Of a DNA stretch of 64,000 bases, positions 1 through 14,142 are shown one piece after another (positions within the stretch are counted from its first letter, which is position 1; each line of letters begins with the position of its first letter). A program made the translations under genes and the position numbers. Source of the stretch: Veleropilina oligotropha (taxonomy: Eukaryota); NCBI GenBank assembly GCA_048128005.1, contig JBEUKZ010000054.1:186001-250000 (forward strand). The letters are read 5' to 3'. Below the pieces are notes generated by a model. That model searched no databases. It was not told where the DNA came from and saw nothing but the letters and a program-made list of their open reading frames with translations.

Positions 1-90
1 GGATTGGTGGCAGGCTTTCCATCCGCGTTAATATGGACATGTCCTGCTTTGAAGTTGTAAATATACAGGATACTAAGCATCGATCCAGTC
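1..90 (+). mobile_element. 3' end of tRNA-headed SINE family
   Basis: ggacatgtcctg...aatatacagga..taagcat matches the 3' part of the full copy at 55232-55492. Confidence 0.7.
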
Positions 91-693
91 AAATCCTTGT
101 AGCACATGGAATGCACTCATGTGATGGCTCCCCTTTAAGAAAGAAGGAGTGAGTTTAGTCGGTATGTCGAATTCTCCGTCTAGCTAAGACAATCTCTTCA
201 CGACGTAAGGACTTTTAAGAGGTTGGACATTCTGCAGTTTAATTATCGTACCATCATCTCAACAACGCTGTCAAGCAGCTCGAAAGTATTTTCTATACTG
301 TATTTAAAATATGAATGTGGAATTTTGAAATTGATAGACTGGTTAATATGTAAAACTGGAGACTGTGTGCTGGAGAATCAACTTTGAGTCAGTCCACAGC
401 GGGAAACTCATGAAAGTTTTCGAGCATATAGTAGCATATATTGTTCAGTTAATCAGCGATGTATTCGACGACGCCTCCGCCAAGGTCCGGACTCTTGATG
501 GTGAAACACCGTTTCATTCCTCGCTGGCCCAGGATCTCTTTATTATTGTCTATACTACGTGTTACGTCAGGTTATCTGTGAGAAAGAGAAACAATTATGA
601 TTCACAATCACCCATATGAAGAGCATGAGGGTTGGTGTGGTGATGCAAACCAACTTCGACTTCGCAGACGACATTACACTTTTGCCACAGCTG

Positions 694-1495
694 CTCAGCG
701 TGGCGGTGAATGCCAGAAGGTGAGCATCCACCTCAATGCTACGACGACGCGGTGAATGCCAGAAGGTGAGCATCCACCTCAATGCTACGACGACAGGGGT
801 GAATGTCAGAAGGTGAGCATCCACGTCAATGCTAAGACGACAGAGGTGAATGCCAGAAGGTGAGAATCCACCTCAATGCTAAGACGACGCGGTGAATGCC
901 AGAAGGTGAGCATCCACCTCAATGCTACGACGACAGGGGTGAATGTCAGAAGGTGAGCATCCACCTCAATGCTGCGACGACGCGGTGAATGCCAGAAGGT
1001 GAGCATCCACCTCAATGCTGCGACGACGCGGTGAATGCCAGAAGGTGAGCATCCACCTCAATGCTAAGACGATAGAGGTGATGACATCTCAGCGTGGCGG
1101 TGAATGCCAGAAGGTGAGCATCCACCTCAATGCTAAGACGACAGAGGTGATGACATCTCAGCGTGGCGGTGAATGCCAGAAGGTGAGCATCCACCTCAAT
1201 GCTAAGACGACAGAGGTGATGACATCTCAGCGTGGCGGTGAATGCCAGAAGGTGAGCATCCACCTCAATGCTAAGACGACAGAGGTGATGACATCTCAGC
1301 GTGGCGGTGAATGCCAGAAGGTGAGCATCCACCTCAATGCTATAGAGGTGATGACATCTCAGCGTGGCGGTGAATGCCAGAAGGTGAGCATCCACCTCAA
1401 TGCTAAGACGACAGAGGTGATGACATCTCAGCGTGGCGGTGAATGCCAGAAGGTGAGCATCCACCTCAATGCTAAGACGACAGAGGTGATGACAT
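694..1495 (+). repeat. Minisatellite, 69-bp units plus shorter ~45-48-bp variants
   Basis: ctcagcgtggcggtgaatgccagaaggtgagcatccacctcaatgctaagacgacagaggtgatgacat repeated. Confidence 0.95.
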
Positions 1496-1632
1496 TCAAC
1501 ATCTCAAATAAGAAAAGCGCCATACTAGCAGTCAAGAAGGACTTTAAATACCTTTGATCGTTCATCATCTTCGAAAAGAGAAAGAAAGGCGCAAGCACGA
1601 AGAGCACTTTCCGACCTCAAGAACTTGCGACA

Positions 1633-2309
1633 CTCTGTCACAGCATCGGTGGAGTGCACCTGATATGGCTCTGTCACAGCATCGGTGGAGTGCACCTGTT
1701 ATAGGGCTCTGTCACAGCATCGGTGGAGTGCACCTGTTGTATGGCTCTGTCACAGCATCGGTGGAGTCCACCTGTTATATGGCTCTGTCACAGCATCGGT
1801 GGAGTCCACCTGTTATATGGCTCTGTCACAGCATCGGTGGAGTCCACCTGATATGGCTCTGTCACAGCATCGGTGAAGTCCACCTGTTATAGGGCTCTGT
1901 CACAGCATCGGTGGAGTGCACCTGTTATATGGCTCTGTCACAGCATCGGTGGAGTGCACCTGTTATAGGGCTCTGTCACAGCATCGGTGGAGTGCACCTG
2001 TTATAGGGCTCTGTCACAGCATCAGTGGAGTGCACCTGTTATAGGGCTCTGTCACAGCATCGGTGGAGTGCACCTGTTATAGGGCTCTGTCACAGCATCG
2101 GTGGAGTGCACCTGATATGGCTCTGTCACAGCATCGGTGGAGTCCACCTGATATATGGCTCTGTCACAGCATCGGTGGAGTCCACCTGATATGGCTCTGT
2201 CACAGCATCGGTGGAGTCCACCTGATATGGCTCTGTCACAGCATCGGTGGAGTCCACCTGATATATGGCTCTGTCACAGCATCGGTGGAGTCCACCTGAT
2301 ATGGCTCTG
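1633..2309 (+). repeat. Minisatellite, 36-39-bp unit, ~18 copies
   Basis: ctctgtcacagcatcggtggagt(g/c)cacctg(tt)ata(t/g)gg repeated. Confidence 0.95.
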
Positions 2310-3242
2310 ACGCACGGACGCTTACAGCAGAACAAGAGGCTCACCAAGATGGATGCTATACCAGTATGGTTGTCAATATTATGTGAAAGGATAGGGTCAG
2401 AATTGATCTCATCTATGAAATTCTACGTTAAAATGAGAAAGGGGAGACTTCGACTGGCAGGATATGGAGTGCGACAGCCAGACCTTATTTTGTACCAACC
2501 AACTCGTTCTTCCTCATAGATTTGTCACAGATTTGTATTGGTATGTATCTTATTTATGTATACTATCTCGGCGTAAACAAACATCAATTTATCATATATC
2601 TATCTAAGTACATATCGTTTCTGTCGGCTGTTAATACCATCACGCAGCGGTATGATCTCTTGCTGATGTCATTTGATATTCATTGTAGCATTGATTTCAT
2701 TTCTTTATGGGGTATAACGATGAAAAGGCTCTCCTGAATCATGCATGACCATTAATCGATGTGATTTCAGACAGCGAGTAAATGTATTTAACCGAACACG
2801 TAGAATATTGACCTGCTAATCAGGGGCGAGGTTCTGTTGACCGGTGAATTTACTTCGAATATATTTATTGATTATTGTTTGTCGCTGATGGCAAACATTG
2901 GAAATCAGTACAAATCGGTTCTATAAACTCTTTGACGTTTCCTCAGCTCATTTTCAGCTGTTGGTTTATTGGTTTTCATTGATGTACCGTCGCCTTTGGT
3001 AAGTGACAGGAAAGGGGACGATTACTACATCTCGCATGTCAAGTTGTGTGTCTGTTGCACTTACTGCTTTTCACGCATTTCACACTGCCTGATTTCATCC
3101 GAGTTTTTGTTTTCTTGCTTGGGTTTAACTCTCATCATTTTAACTTCTGTGTAAGTGTGTGCTTTTAAAGTCTTCAACAATATTTTTCTTATCCTGAATA
3201 TCCTTTTCTGATAATATGTACAGGTCCTGATATGAGCTAAAT

Positions 3243-3893
3243 GTGTGCTATATAGTACATAAAGTGTGCTATATAGTACATAACCTGTGCTATATAGTAC
3301 ATAACGTGTGCTATATAGTACATAACGTGTGCTATATAGTACATAACGTGTGCTCTATAGTACATAAAGGGTGCTAAATAGTACATAAAATGTGCTATAT
3401 ATTACATAAAGTGTGCTATATAGTACATAAAATGTGCTATATAGTACATAAAGTGTGCTATATAGTACATAAAGGGTGCTATATAGTACATAAAGGGTGC
3501 TATATAGTACATAAAGTGTGCTATATAGTACATAAAGTATGCTATATAGTACATAAAGTGTGCTATATAGTACATAAAATGTGCTATATAGTACATAAAG
3601 TGTGCTATATAGTACATAAAGTGTGCTATATAGTACATAACGGGTGCTATATAGTACATAAAGTGTGTTATATAGTACATAAAGTGTGCTATATAGTACA
3701 TAACGGGTGCTATATAGTACATAGAGTGTGATATATAGTACATAAAAGTGTGGTATATAGTACATAAAGTGTGCTATATAGTACATAAAGTGTGCTATAT
3801 AGTACATAACGGGTGCTATATAGTACATAAAGTGTGATATATAGTACATAAAAGTGTGGTATATAGTACATAAAGTGTGGCATATAGTAAATA
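3243..3893. repeat. Minisatellite, 21-bp unit, ~30 copies
   Basis: gtgtgctatatagtacataaa repeated. Confidence 0.95.
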
Positions 3894-4979
3894 AAGCACC
3901 GTCTTATTTGTGAGCCTGTCGTGGAAACTTTATGCGGTTCGAAAAATTATTTTTTTGCTATTGCTCACATGTTGGGTTACAGCGATTATTCATATATAGT
4001 AATGCAATTGAAACATTTGCTCAACACTAGTCGGAAGCAACATTCCGCAAAACTGAATATCATGCACACAAGTGAGGATTCTTTGTCGATTATTTTTCAT
4101 GTAAAAAATGACATGTTTGTTTTAAAATGTACATATTGTGGAATAAACGTTATATTAGAGAATGGTGCTTTCCTAAGGAAAATCTCTTTTATCTGAGCAT
4201 AGAATATACTGGACAATCAGAATAATGCTTCCTAAAAGCAAAGGAATTTTATTACATATTTATATATTAAATACATATTTGGATATAGCGTAGGCCACTA
4301 TGTCATAAAATGGACTTTCGTGTATTTTGTTTGTTAAAAGTGATTTATCACTTGATTATGCTTTTAAAATAATATAAAGAAGAAGAAAAAATAGGGTTGC
4401 ATTTTTTTCGAGATCCCTAGTAGGCAGTAAATTGACGAAATCCAACATGGCCGCCATGGAACAGTGAAAATATTTTTTGGTTCGTATGTTTTCCACCAGA
4501 TTAGATAAATACATGAATAATATGTATATTTATATGTATGCGGACACTATGAAGTCAATGCTGCCATTTGTCTTTAAAAAAATTGCAAGCAAATGAAGTT
4601 AACGGGCAATCATGTGTCAAAATTAATAAAATCCAAAATGGCCGCCATAGAATAGGAAAAAAAAATTCTTGATCTCATATATTTGCAGACAGATAAGATA
4701 GATACGTTAATAATATGTTGTTTATATGTTTTCTTATACTAGGAAGACAATTCTGTAATTTATTTTCAGAATAACACAACCAAATCATGTTGGCAAGCAT
4801 ATATAATTATATATGTTTGAAAATGCGACTGCGTCCAAAATGAAATCATATAAACATATAAGCTCTTTTTCGTTTACTTGTAAATACTTTTATTTATCAC
4901 AACATGAGCCAGGTAGGATAGGCACATTGATAATGTTTGTTTTGATACGAGGAAGCCAACTGTGCATTTGTTCTTTTCA

Positions 4980-6518
4980 TACTTAGCCAAATGAAAACTT
5001 GACACATGGTTTTTTTTAAATAAAATCTGAAAAATTTAAAATATGTGAAAATCAATAACATAACATTGCTGACCATGACACAACCGTTTGAAAATCGTGA
5101 ATCTTGATCAGATTGTTCTTGAAATGCACGTGCAGGACGAAATTTTCAAGAAATGTCAATTTCCGCTCGGAAATTGCTACTGTACATCATTTCTTCCGAA
5201 AGAGACAGTCATTGCGTCGTTTCGACAGTGTTTCTTCCGAAAACATAAAGAAATTTTTTGAACTGAGAAATTAATCCATGCCGCGTCTTTCATGTCAGGA
5301 CAGGGAGCGCACCATCGGCAGGTTAGGGGCTGGACAGTTTGTGGCGGAAGCTGCGCGAATATTTGGATGAAGTCGACAGACGATCCACAACCTGAGAACA
5401 CGTCTCCAAGGAACTGGAACCACAGCAGACCGCCCACGTCCAGGTGCCCGACGTGTTACGACTCCAAATGAAGACCAACAAATCCGGTTACGTCATCTTC
5501 GGAATCGTTTCGTGACGGCAACTTCAACCATTAATGAACTCTTTCAACGTCGTGTGACACCCCAGACCATCAGAAACCGTCTTAGAGCTGCTGGCATTCG
5601 AGCGCGAAGACCGTATACAGGATCGATATCGACTCCACTCCATCGACGTCAGCGGGTTGCATGGGCTCGAGAATACCTCAGATTCACCCAGAGACAGTGG
5701 AACAGAGTCATCTTTAGTGACGAGTCTCGTTTCACACTCATATTTGCTGATGGACGTGTTAGGGTGTGGCGTAGGAGAAGGGAGCGGTATGCCTCAGCTT
5801 GTGTCAGGGAGATTAACAGGTTTGCAGGTGGCAGTGTCATGGTTTTGGGAGCATTCACAGCTAACGCCAGATCACCCTTGATTGTCATCCAAGGAAATAT
5901 GACGGAAGCACAGTACAGGGATCGGGTCCTCAATCCAGTTTTGTTGCCCTTCTACAGGCAACATGGTCCTGGCCTCACATTTCAACATGACAATGCTACG
6001 CCGCACACTGCAGGACTGAGACGTAACCTGCTTCAAGCTGCAAATGTTGACGTCATGGAATGGCCATCACTTTCTCCAGATCTCAACCCCATTGAACACA
6101 TCTGGGATGAGCTTGGAAGAAGGTTGCGAAGGCAGCGGGTACAGCCACAGACACTTCCGGAACTTGGCAGGGATCTGATCCACCAATGGAGCCGACTTCC
6201 GGTTAGAGTGTTCAGACGTGTTCTGCAGTCCATGAGAAGACGATGTGTAGCAGTAATTGAGGCTCGTGGTGGTCATAATCGCTATTGACGTTCTTCAAAT
6301 CTTTAATTCATGTTTGTGTTAACTTCAATTTTGAGGGTGTGTCAATTCAAACAACTAGCTGTGTCTGAAAAATCACTGATTAAAAAACACTTTTTCTTCG
6401 TCAATGTGTTAGATGGCTTATTTTCTTAGAATAATTTACAAATTTATGTACACTAGCAGATTTTGAACAATAAATACATCAAATTTAAGAAGTGTCAAGT
6501 TTTCAATTTTGCTGAGTG
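4980..6518 (+). mobile_element. Tc1 DNA transposon nested in the Academ-like element
   Basis: ~27-bp TIRs (tacttagccaaatgaaaacttgacac / gtgtcaagttttcaattttgctgagtg), TA on right flank, DD34E transposase inside. Confidence 0.92.
5278..6288 (+). pseudogene. Tc1 transposase (DD34E), 336 codons with one premature TGA at 5368-5370
   Basis: ATG 5278 in frame with ORF 5512-6288; HTH region, FSDESRF, FQHDNA, WPSLSPDLNPIEHIW; 34 residues between D2 and E. Confidence 0.93.
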
Positions 6519-9500
6519 TATATAGGTGTCAAAATTGAGATCTTCCGAAGTTAAATTATATTTCCGGCTTTATTTTAGGATATTTAAATTTTCCAAGTAT
6601 TAGTACTAATCACCAAAGCATATATCAACAATGTTAAGCGTTACTATGCACCATTAAAAACCAAGATGGATCCACACACCGTCAGCAGGGCTGAAAATAA
6701 AGACAAGGTATGGAGACCTGTTCACAGGTTAACTGATTTCAACATGAGGTAACCTGATGGATTACCTCATGGATTACCCAAATAACATCAATTTAAAATT
6801 GTTTAAGTACCATGGAGATTAATATGAAGAGGCAGTGACCAGATTCAGTGACTAGTTTTTATCAAGAAATACATAAAATAGCACACAGACTGATAGGATC
6901 CAAAAATCATGGCGACCTATTTTCCGTTGTCCAGATTGGAGGTTGTGGTAACCTCCAAGTAACCCGATCAATTGGTCTCCACTTATTTTCAGCCCTGCAT
7001 AGGCCAACGATTGTGAACCGCAGATGCAAATAGGCAATGTCAAATTCATCTGGTTCAACGCATTATTTTACGTTTAACTCTAGTCGGCATCGTAATATAA
7101 CCATGAACCTCTGGAAAATCCTTAACTCTTCTTTGACTTTCACTAGTTTTTTACCTCTATGCTGTGGTATTACCACCTACGATGCTCCAATTGTCCTTTT
7201 CTGCATTTCTTCACAGAGAGTCGTCCGTCAGTTAGAAATGGTTTAATCTAGTGCCATTCCATGATATCTTTGGACATTTTATATATCATAAATTCTTGTA
7301 TATCTTTGAACACTTTATATATCATAGGTTCTTTTCTAATCAGGTTGCGTACGTCGTACTATCATTTGTATACCAGGAAAGAGTCTTCGTGAGTTTGGAA
7401 GCATTATTCATCATTCGGGAAACCATACACCCTGTGATTTCATGAGGTTGTGTTCAATTGTCATTATCATTACTGCCCTATTCATTCGCAAATTCGTATA
7501 GTGATTTTGATCACTCTGGTATAATAGGGAATATATTATTAGTGCCTTCTAGTTTTGAATTATTCCTACAATTCCCCCATTGACCTATGCTCTTGCTCAA
7601 TTCATGATCTGGATGTTATTGATGCCTGTCACAGCTTTCATCTCCCCAGAAGTTCCTTTCATGAATTATTTCCAAAGTTCCCGAAACAGGTTTGCTGTTT
7701 CCCTCATTTTATGTCGCTGCAGTATGCCTTTTCCAGAGAAACGGATGACAGTTTCAGGAATGCCTTCTCTTCAGATTCCGTCATGAAGAAACTATTCAGA
7801 TTGTATAGACCAATGAGGGTAACAATGTTCCCTGAGTGATCTACATTATATATTTATATATTAATATATTATATATGCTTGCCAATGGCATTCAAATTTG
7901 AGTTAAGGTTGTTGATGAGTGCAGTTTAGGCTCCCCCCATACCAGGCCTAGTCCATTTCACACCCATCCATGCATTCTTTCAACGCTGCTAAAGCACAAA
8001 ACACAATATTCAAATTTCCAGGCTGGAAGAGAAAATGCCCTCTGATGTTGCTGCATTCCACCAACAGCTTCATAATCAGGTCATACAACTGCTTACCTTT
8101 TTTAACACGAATTGTGATGCCATGTATAAGGTATGCAACTCATTGTGGGTGATCGGATTAATGGAGGGTCAAAGGCAGCATTGGTCCTGTCACTCCTGTG
8201 GTTGGTGGATGATAGCAAGATATTGAGAGCCACCCGTAATATTTGTATGTTTACTTGTTGTTTTCATCTTCATAAAAGTGCATGCAACCAGTAATTCAAG
8301 CTCTAGATGTTTTCTTATCCAGGCCTATGACCTGTTTCAATGTGCTCAACATGCCATCTCTCATTCGTTCCATTGTAAAGTTTAACCTTTCAAAGATCAA
8401 TCAGGATCACTTGGTTGCATCATTGGCGACTTATCAGTAGTCACATGATAATATATAGCTATTGTGGTACCATGAAGCATGTTCTTCGTACCACAAGGGG
8501 TTGATCACACGTTTTCTTTACCAAAATACTGATATTTTTGCTCTTTTCTGCAGAAAAACCACGAAGACTGCTATTTGGTCAAACATACGCTGACTCATAC
8601 TCTCGCCATATACGCAACGTTCACAAGCATCCTCAATAATATCATTGATTATCGTAATTGATGGATTCATCATCAAGTTTGTATAATCAATTGGTTCACT
8701 GTTTTTTTGAAAAATGACTCAAAGTTCGAAATCAACAGAATTCACCTATTTAGAGGCGGATAATCCACCCTCTTGTAATGTATATATTACTGTACAGTTA
8801 AACAAATCTCACCACGAGAGTATGGTATGGCATATGTAATGATAAAAAAGATTATTTATTACTAGTTACAGGATAAAGATCCGATGAAAATAGACGAGGG
8901 AATATTTATACGTTTTTACTTGGGACGCAAACAAATTTCATATGCCTGCTAACTTGATTTTATTGTCAATAATACATGATTTTCAATAATTCATGGCGGC
9001 CATCTTGGAATTATTCAATTTTGACACATATATATGCCCGTCAAAGTCATTTCTTCGTATCTTTTTTAAAGAGAAAATGCCGAATCGGCTTCCTGACGTT
9101 TGAAAACGAACAAAACGACACATTATTCAAGTATACTGTATATCAATTCTGACCGAAAAGATATGAGATTCAGGATAGTTTCACTATTCGATGGCGGCCA
9201 TCTTGGATTACGTCATATTACGTCATATTAATATCTATTAGGGTCTCGAAAAAATGCAACCCTATTTTTGTTTTCTTATTCCTTATATTATTTTAAAACA
9301 GAATTCAGTGATAAATCATTTTTAACAAACAAAAATACACGAAATTACATAGTGACCTACACTATTATTTTAAAATGATTACTGATGACAGCCATGTGTG
9401 ATCACCATCCATGGAAAACGTATTTACGAATTCTGACGAAGAAAAACTATATAAACAACATATAAATAAGTAAAATGAATGCATGTCGGAGCGAAGTAAT

Positions 9501-10123
9501 AACCACTCCACATCTGTCGAATATAATCATAGCGCAAATTCGCGCATTGCGAATGCTTCCATTGTTTGTTTCTTCAGTATGAATTATCAGTGAAACTTTT
9601 GTTCTAAGCGTTCAGAGATATATTCCTTTTGCCAAATTATATATAGGAAAACTGTACAAATTTGAATTTTATTGAAGCCCAGATGAAACTAATGCTCTCT
9701 CATGTATAGGAAATCTTATTCTTTGACACTGTTTAAATACTTAACTAGACCCCTGACCATGAGCTTTCCATGATATCATCAAACTGCGACCACCAAATCA
9801 CACGTGTTGCATTACGATGGCGTATTAACTTCTCGCGATGTTGATTAATTAATGACTTAAGGTGGATAAATTATTGATATTTCCTTCTTTCCTAATGTTT
9901 CAGAGAGCTGATTACTTTTATGTATATTATTTATTTGTCTCATTCTCGTGTAATCACTTGTAACAAAGAGATCAGCCACCGCTACGCGGATGAATTTAAG
10001 GGAGTAATGCACGATTTTTTACATTTGGATATTATGTTGGCAGCAGAAATTGTCACTGTGCTTGTCGTAGTGTATGTGACAGCTTGACTGCAATACTCTC
10101 GGAGAGGGCTGAGCTGGATTCTC

Positions 10124-10275
10124 GAGCAGAATATGCCGCTCCCCAGGGAGTTAATTTATGACGTCATGAGATCTGGAGCAGAATATTCCGCTCCCAGGGA
10201 GTTAAATTATGACGTCATGAGATCTGGAGTAGGATATGCCGCTCCCTAGGGAGTTGATTAATTATGAAATCATGG
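10124..10275 (+). repeat. Short tandem repeat, ~52-bp unit x3
   Basis: gagcagaatatgccgctcccagggagttaatttatgacgtcatgagatctg repeated with divergence. Confidence 0.75.
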
Positions 10276-13200
10276 GAGCATTTTGCCACATTCGAATGCA
10301 CTTTGTTCATAAATACCGGTAAGTACGTGTTGATCTTGCTGGTGAACGTATTTTTCGAGTAGTGTTAATTTTGTTGCTAACCATCAACTCTTTTTACAGT
10401 TTTATGCCCAAGCGATATCCTACATTCGTTGCTGTAATTACATTCACGATAAATATTTATTTGGAATTGCTTGATACGAAAGTGCTTGATAAAGTTCGAC
10501 GAGGATATTGTAGGTAATATTAATATGTACCGGTAATTAAACTTACTAGCCTTTGTGAAATGAACAAGATGACGATTCTCTTCCTCACTTATACAGAAAA
10601 GGGTACTTCGATGGTTTGATGAAAACACTGTTATAGCGGCACGAAATTGGTTATACCCGGCTGTACAATATGTGTAAATATTAAGTATCGTATGCTTTTA
10701 TTCCACTTAAGATATGGTAAAATGATATCGTAGACCATCCGATCATTGATCGTTTTTCTGCGCACATGAGTTTGGCATCGGCCAAACTCTTACTGAATAA
10801 CATATTAAAATTGTGGTTATCTTTCGCGATTATTACTATTTAGAGATAGAAGCAAATACATGTTTAAAGATCAATGAATGGTAATGGCTGCTTAATGAAG
10901 TGGATTATCTTTCTCCCGGTTAGCATGATGTCACGGAAGATGTGAATGTCAAGTTACAACTAATATGATATAAACGCCTTTTATTTGGTTAGTTAAAGTG
11001 AACATTTACTGCTTATCAGTCTCTTATCTATTGAATCGAGCAAATGAGTATCACGTGCCAGAAGGACATCAGCGAGAATGGCGGATGAGACGCAAATGTG
11101 TACATGTATATGTGCTTCTATCTCATGGTCGTACATTGCGGCCTTTAATTGCTGAAAATTTCGTGATGTGTATTATTTCGGTTGGACAGATTTTTGACAT
11201 GTGTGAAGATTTGGATTTTATGATCGAATACGTACATTTAAAAGGTGACTAAATTGACTGAAGAATTCGCAGGTATCAAAGTATTCGTCATCAATATTCG
11301 TGGGGATCCACGCTCTACTTCACCACACCACCGCCATTTTACAGAACAAATGGCCATTGTCGTAAATCAAGTGTTAGTGTATGTATATGCAGCGGGGTCG
11401 GAAATAATGACGTCAGTATGGATGAACGTCTTTATTTATCTGGCAAATACATCTTCAATATTATCAATATTGAGGTATCCCAATGGTTACTTTGCAACTC
11501 TATTACAATTTGTATGTGAACTGCAATTAAATTAATTGTGCAATAATATATACGTATGTAGTTACATCCGTTTTTACAACTTATACAGGGCATATTCAAT
11601 TCGCACATTCCTGGTTCGACTACAGTGTTGTAATTTTATTGGACGGCGTTCTGGTCCTCGGACCACTTTTTCTGGTTCTCATTTTCAGTCAGAACTACAG
11701 GACAGAAACAGAACTGAACTAAGAAAATGAAAGATAATGGGTTTGACAATATTGTAAAAGATTTAAAAAATAGGTAACTAATTTGTTACTTTGTATGTGT
11801 ATGTAGGCCAATATATGCATATAATGAAATAATGTATAATAAAATATTTAAATATATGCATGTAATTATTTATGTATGTATACATATAACAATATAATAA
11901 AAATTATTAGAAAAGTTATCGTGCAAGATGATAGCCTACGTACGTATTTTAAATTTAACTTTTGTTCATTAATTTGACAAATTAACTTTCTTATTTTGAT
12001 ATCATAAAGGATACTTCATTTTTCAATTTTAATTTCTTTGAAATTATTCTTAGCAAAGTCAAGTGTTGTATGAACAGGGTCGATGCTTCTATAGATCTTA
12101 TATCGATGTTGACCGCAACGTTCATTGTCTCGAAAATACGGACGGTCATTGTTTGGAGATATGCCGCATTGCGCGTTCTGTTTGACCAATCTGTACGATA
12201 TCACAAGTGTTGACTACTTAATTTCTTAATTAATCATTATCTAACAATAAAATATCTCGCTTTTCACATATATCAGAATAAAATAAAAAGAAACAGCATT
12301 TGGTCAACGTAGGTATATAAATAGGCCTCCTTAACATACATGTATGCACAAGGTCCGATGACGTATCTGTTCATTGAGATCATGTAAATGGCTTTTATAT
12401 ATAACGATGCTCTTCACTGCCCGTCATTAGCGAGTTGCTGGTTCAGTCATTGTGTGATTTGTTTCACTGAAATTCAAATATCACGAGCTATTATTTATAG
12501 TGCTGACGTATTCACTGATTTGGTTCAATTAAATGCACGTGATCTTTGAAGGTAAATGATTCATGACGTCACGAATAACAATAAAATAAGCGATCTCTAT
12601 TGACGCATTTAACTCATCTAGAATACTTTTTGTCAGAACACTCTCGCGTCGAATTCCTCATTTAGCGACATCTCATTGAACTGATATTGATATAGCTCCG
12701 ACAATGGGATTTCATTACAGTCGTTGATTGCTCCTACATGCTTTCACTCTCGGCAGGTCGATTGTAGAAGGTGCGCATGTATTGATCCATGTATTATGCG
12801 ATGTTGATTAAGTCTAGAACATACAAATTATTCCCAACGTAAATCCTTTTAAATTAATAGGAAAATTAATATGAACGAGAACGCCACTGATATCTAATTC
12901 TTGAACCTAAGATAAAGGTGATATTCAAAACATTTTTCATGATAGCCTATAAATGGTATAGCATATAATCTAGTGGTACCCTCCCATAAGTCAGACATGC
13001 CACCAGTTAGACACCATAAATCAGGAGATTAGCAGGTTCATTGCAAACATAATCTCATGCTTCTTACCCTTCACTTAAATGGTATGATCCAGTGAACGAC
13101 AAAAAACGAATATCTACTTTTAAGTTTATTGAAATTTAACAAAATATAAAAATGTTGCAAACTGCATAAATAAATATCACTTTATATAATAATATTATGC

Positions 13201-13291
13201 TAATTTAAGCAAATGTCCAATAGCATCTAAAAATTGAAAGCGACGTTTTCGTACCTTCGGTTAGTTGCCCTTTTAGTAGATTTACTCTATG

Positions 13292-14142
13292 TTACATTTC
13301 CTTATTTGCTCTTTTTTTCTTTGATGGGGCTGCTCCGAAGTTCAGTTGGGACACTTTTGCATTTTCGGAGCATTCGATTTTCTTGATGACTTCTATAAAT
13401 CTGAATATGTTCGGGTGCGAGTATGGTAGTGTTCTGTTCTGTCGATTGTGGAAGCCTTCGAGATGGTTGTTTGTTCGGGGTCCATCTGTTTCGTGGTGAT
13501 TCCACAGTCGCAATGGAAATCGTGCACCATAATCGACCCAATTTACCACCATATAGTTATTTTCTTCGCCGTCGTTGATGAGCAAAAATGGCCGGCCATC
13601 GATTGCATCTGTCCAACTTCTTTCGAGATTCACTTCTGCTCTGCTTTTCGGGATTGACGGTAGATTATTTTTTCGATGTCTGTAAAACGCACTGCTCATA
13701 CTCGGGAAGGATGGAAACTGTGCAATTAGCGCCTCGTATTGTCGCGTTATCTCGTCTTGTCGCGTTATCTCGTCATGTCGCGTTATCTCGTCTTGTCGCG
13801 TTATCTCGTCATGTCGCGTTATCTCGTCATGTCGCGTTATCTCGTCTTGTCGCGTTATCTCGTCGTTATACAGCGAATGCATGTGAATGGTCTCTGGCAC
13901 GTTTACGTAGCGTACAAACAAATGTCAGCAACTCCTCGGATTCCGGTGGATGGTTATGCTCGGATGTGTTGCGTACACAGTCATCGATTGTGGTGCACTT
14001 GCCGGTGCAAGTCTTGATTGGACATCTCCAATGGACACACGTCTGTCTAACCTTATTCCTGTTTTACAGATACCCGTTTACAAACACTTGTGGTGTTCCT
14101 CTCCTTGATGTAATGTATTTTACTTTAATTAAAGCGACCATG
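13292..14142 (-). pseudogene. FLYWCH + MULE transposase remnant lacking the catalytic core
   Basis: HWRCPIKTCTGKC..EHNHPP (FLYWCH), LPSIPKS, FLLIND, then directly LWNHHE..PRTNNHLEGFHNR..HPNIFRFIEVIK. Confidence 0.8.
13733..13868. repeat. 18-bp tandem repeat x7 inside the MULE ORF
   Basis: gtcgcgttatctcgtc(a/t)t; reads DEITRQ/H in the transposase frame. Confidence 0.92.

Larger units (their letters stand above)
365..2520 (+). mobile_element. Degraded RTE-clade LINE ORF2 containing two in-place minisatellite expansions
   Basis: Collinear motifs: AKVRTLDGET, LFIIV, DFADDITLL, IHLNAKTTEVM, DFKYL, ASVES.LLYGS, DGCYTSM, RLRLAGY; frameshifted. Confidence 0.8.
4286..9364 (-). mobile_element. Large degraded DNA transposon with long TIRs (Academ-like)
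   Basis: Termini tagcgtaggccactatgt / acatagtgacctacacta; imperfect inverted similarity over several hundred bp (~4286-4700 vs ~8980-9364); decayed minus-strand coding remnants at 6.6-8.8 kb. TAG termini and long TIRs suggest Academ; superfamily tentative. Confidence 0.65.

Noticed and set aside
6666..6707. Possible first coding exon (MDPHTVSRAENKDK|gtatgg, phase 0)
   Set aside because: Lies inside the Academ-like element, 23 kb upstream, with no similarity to the family N-terminus.
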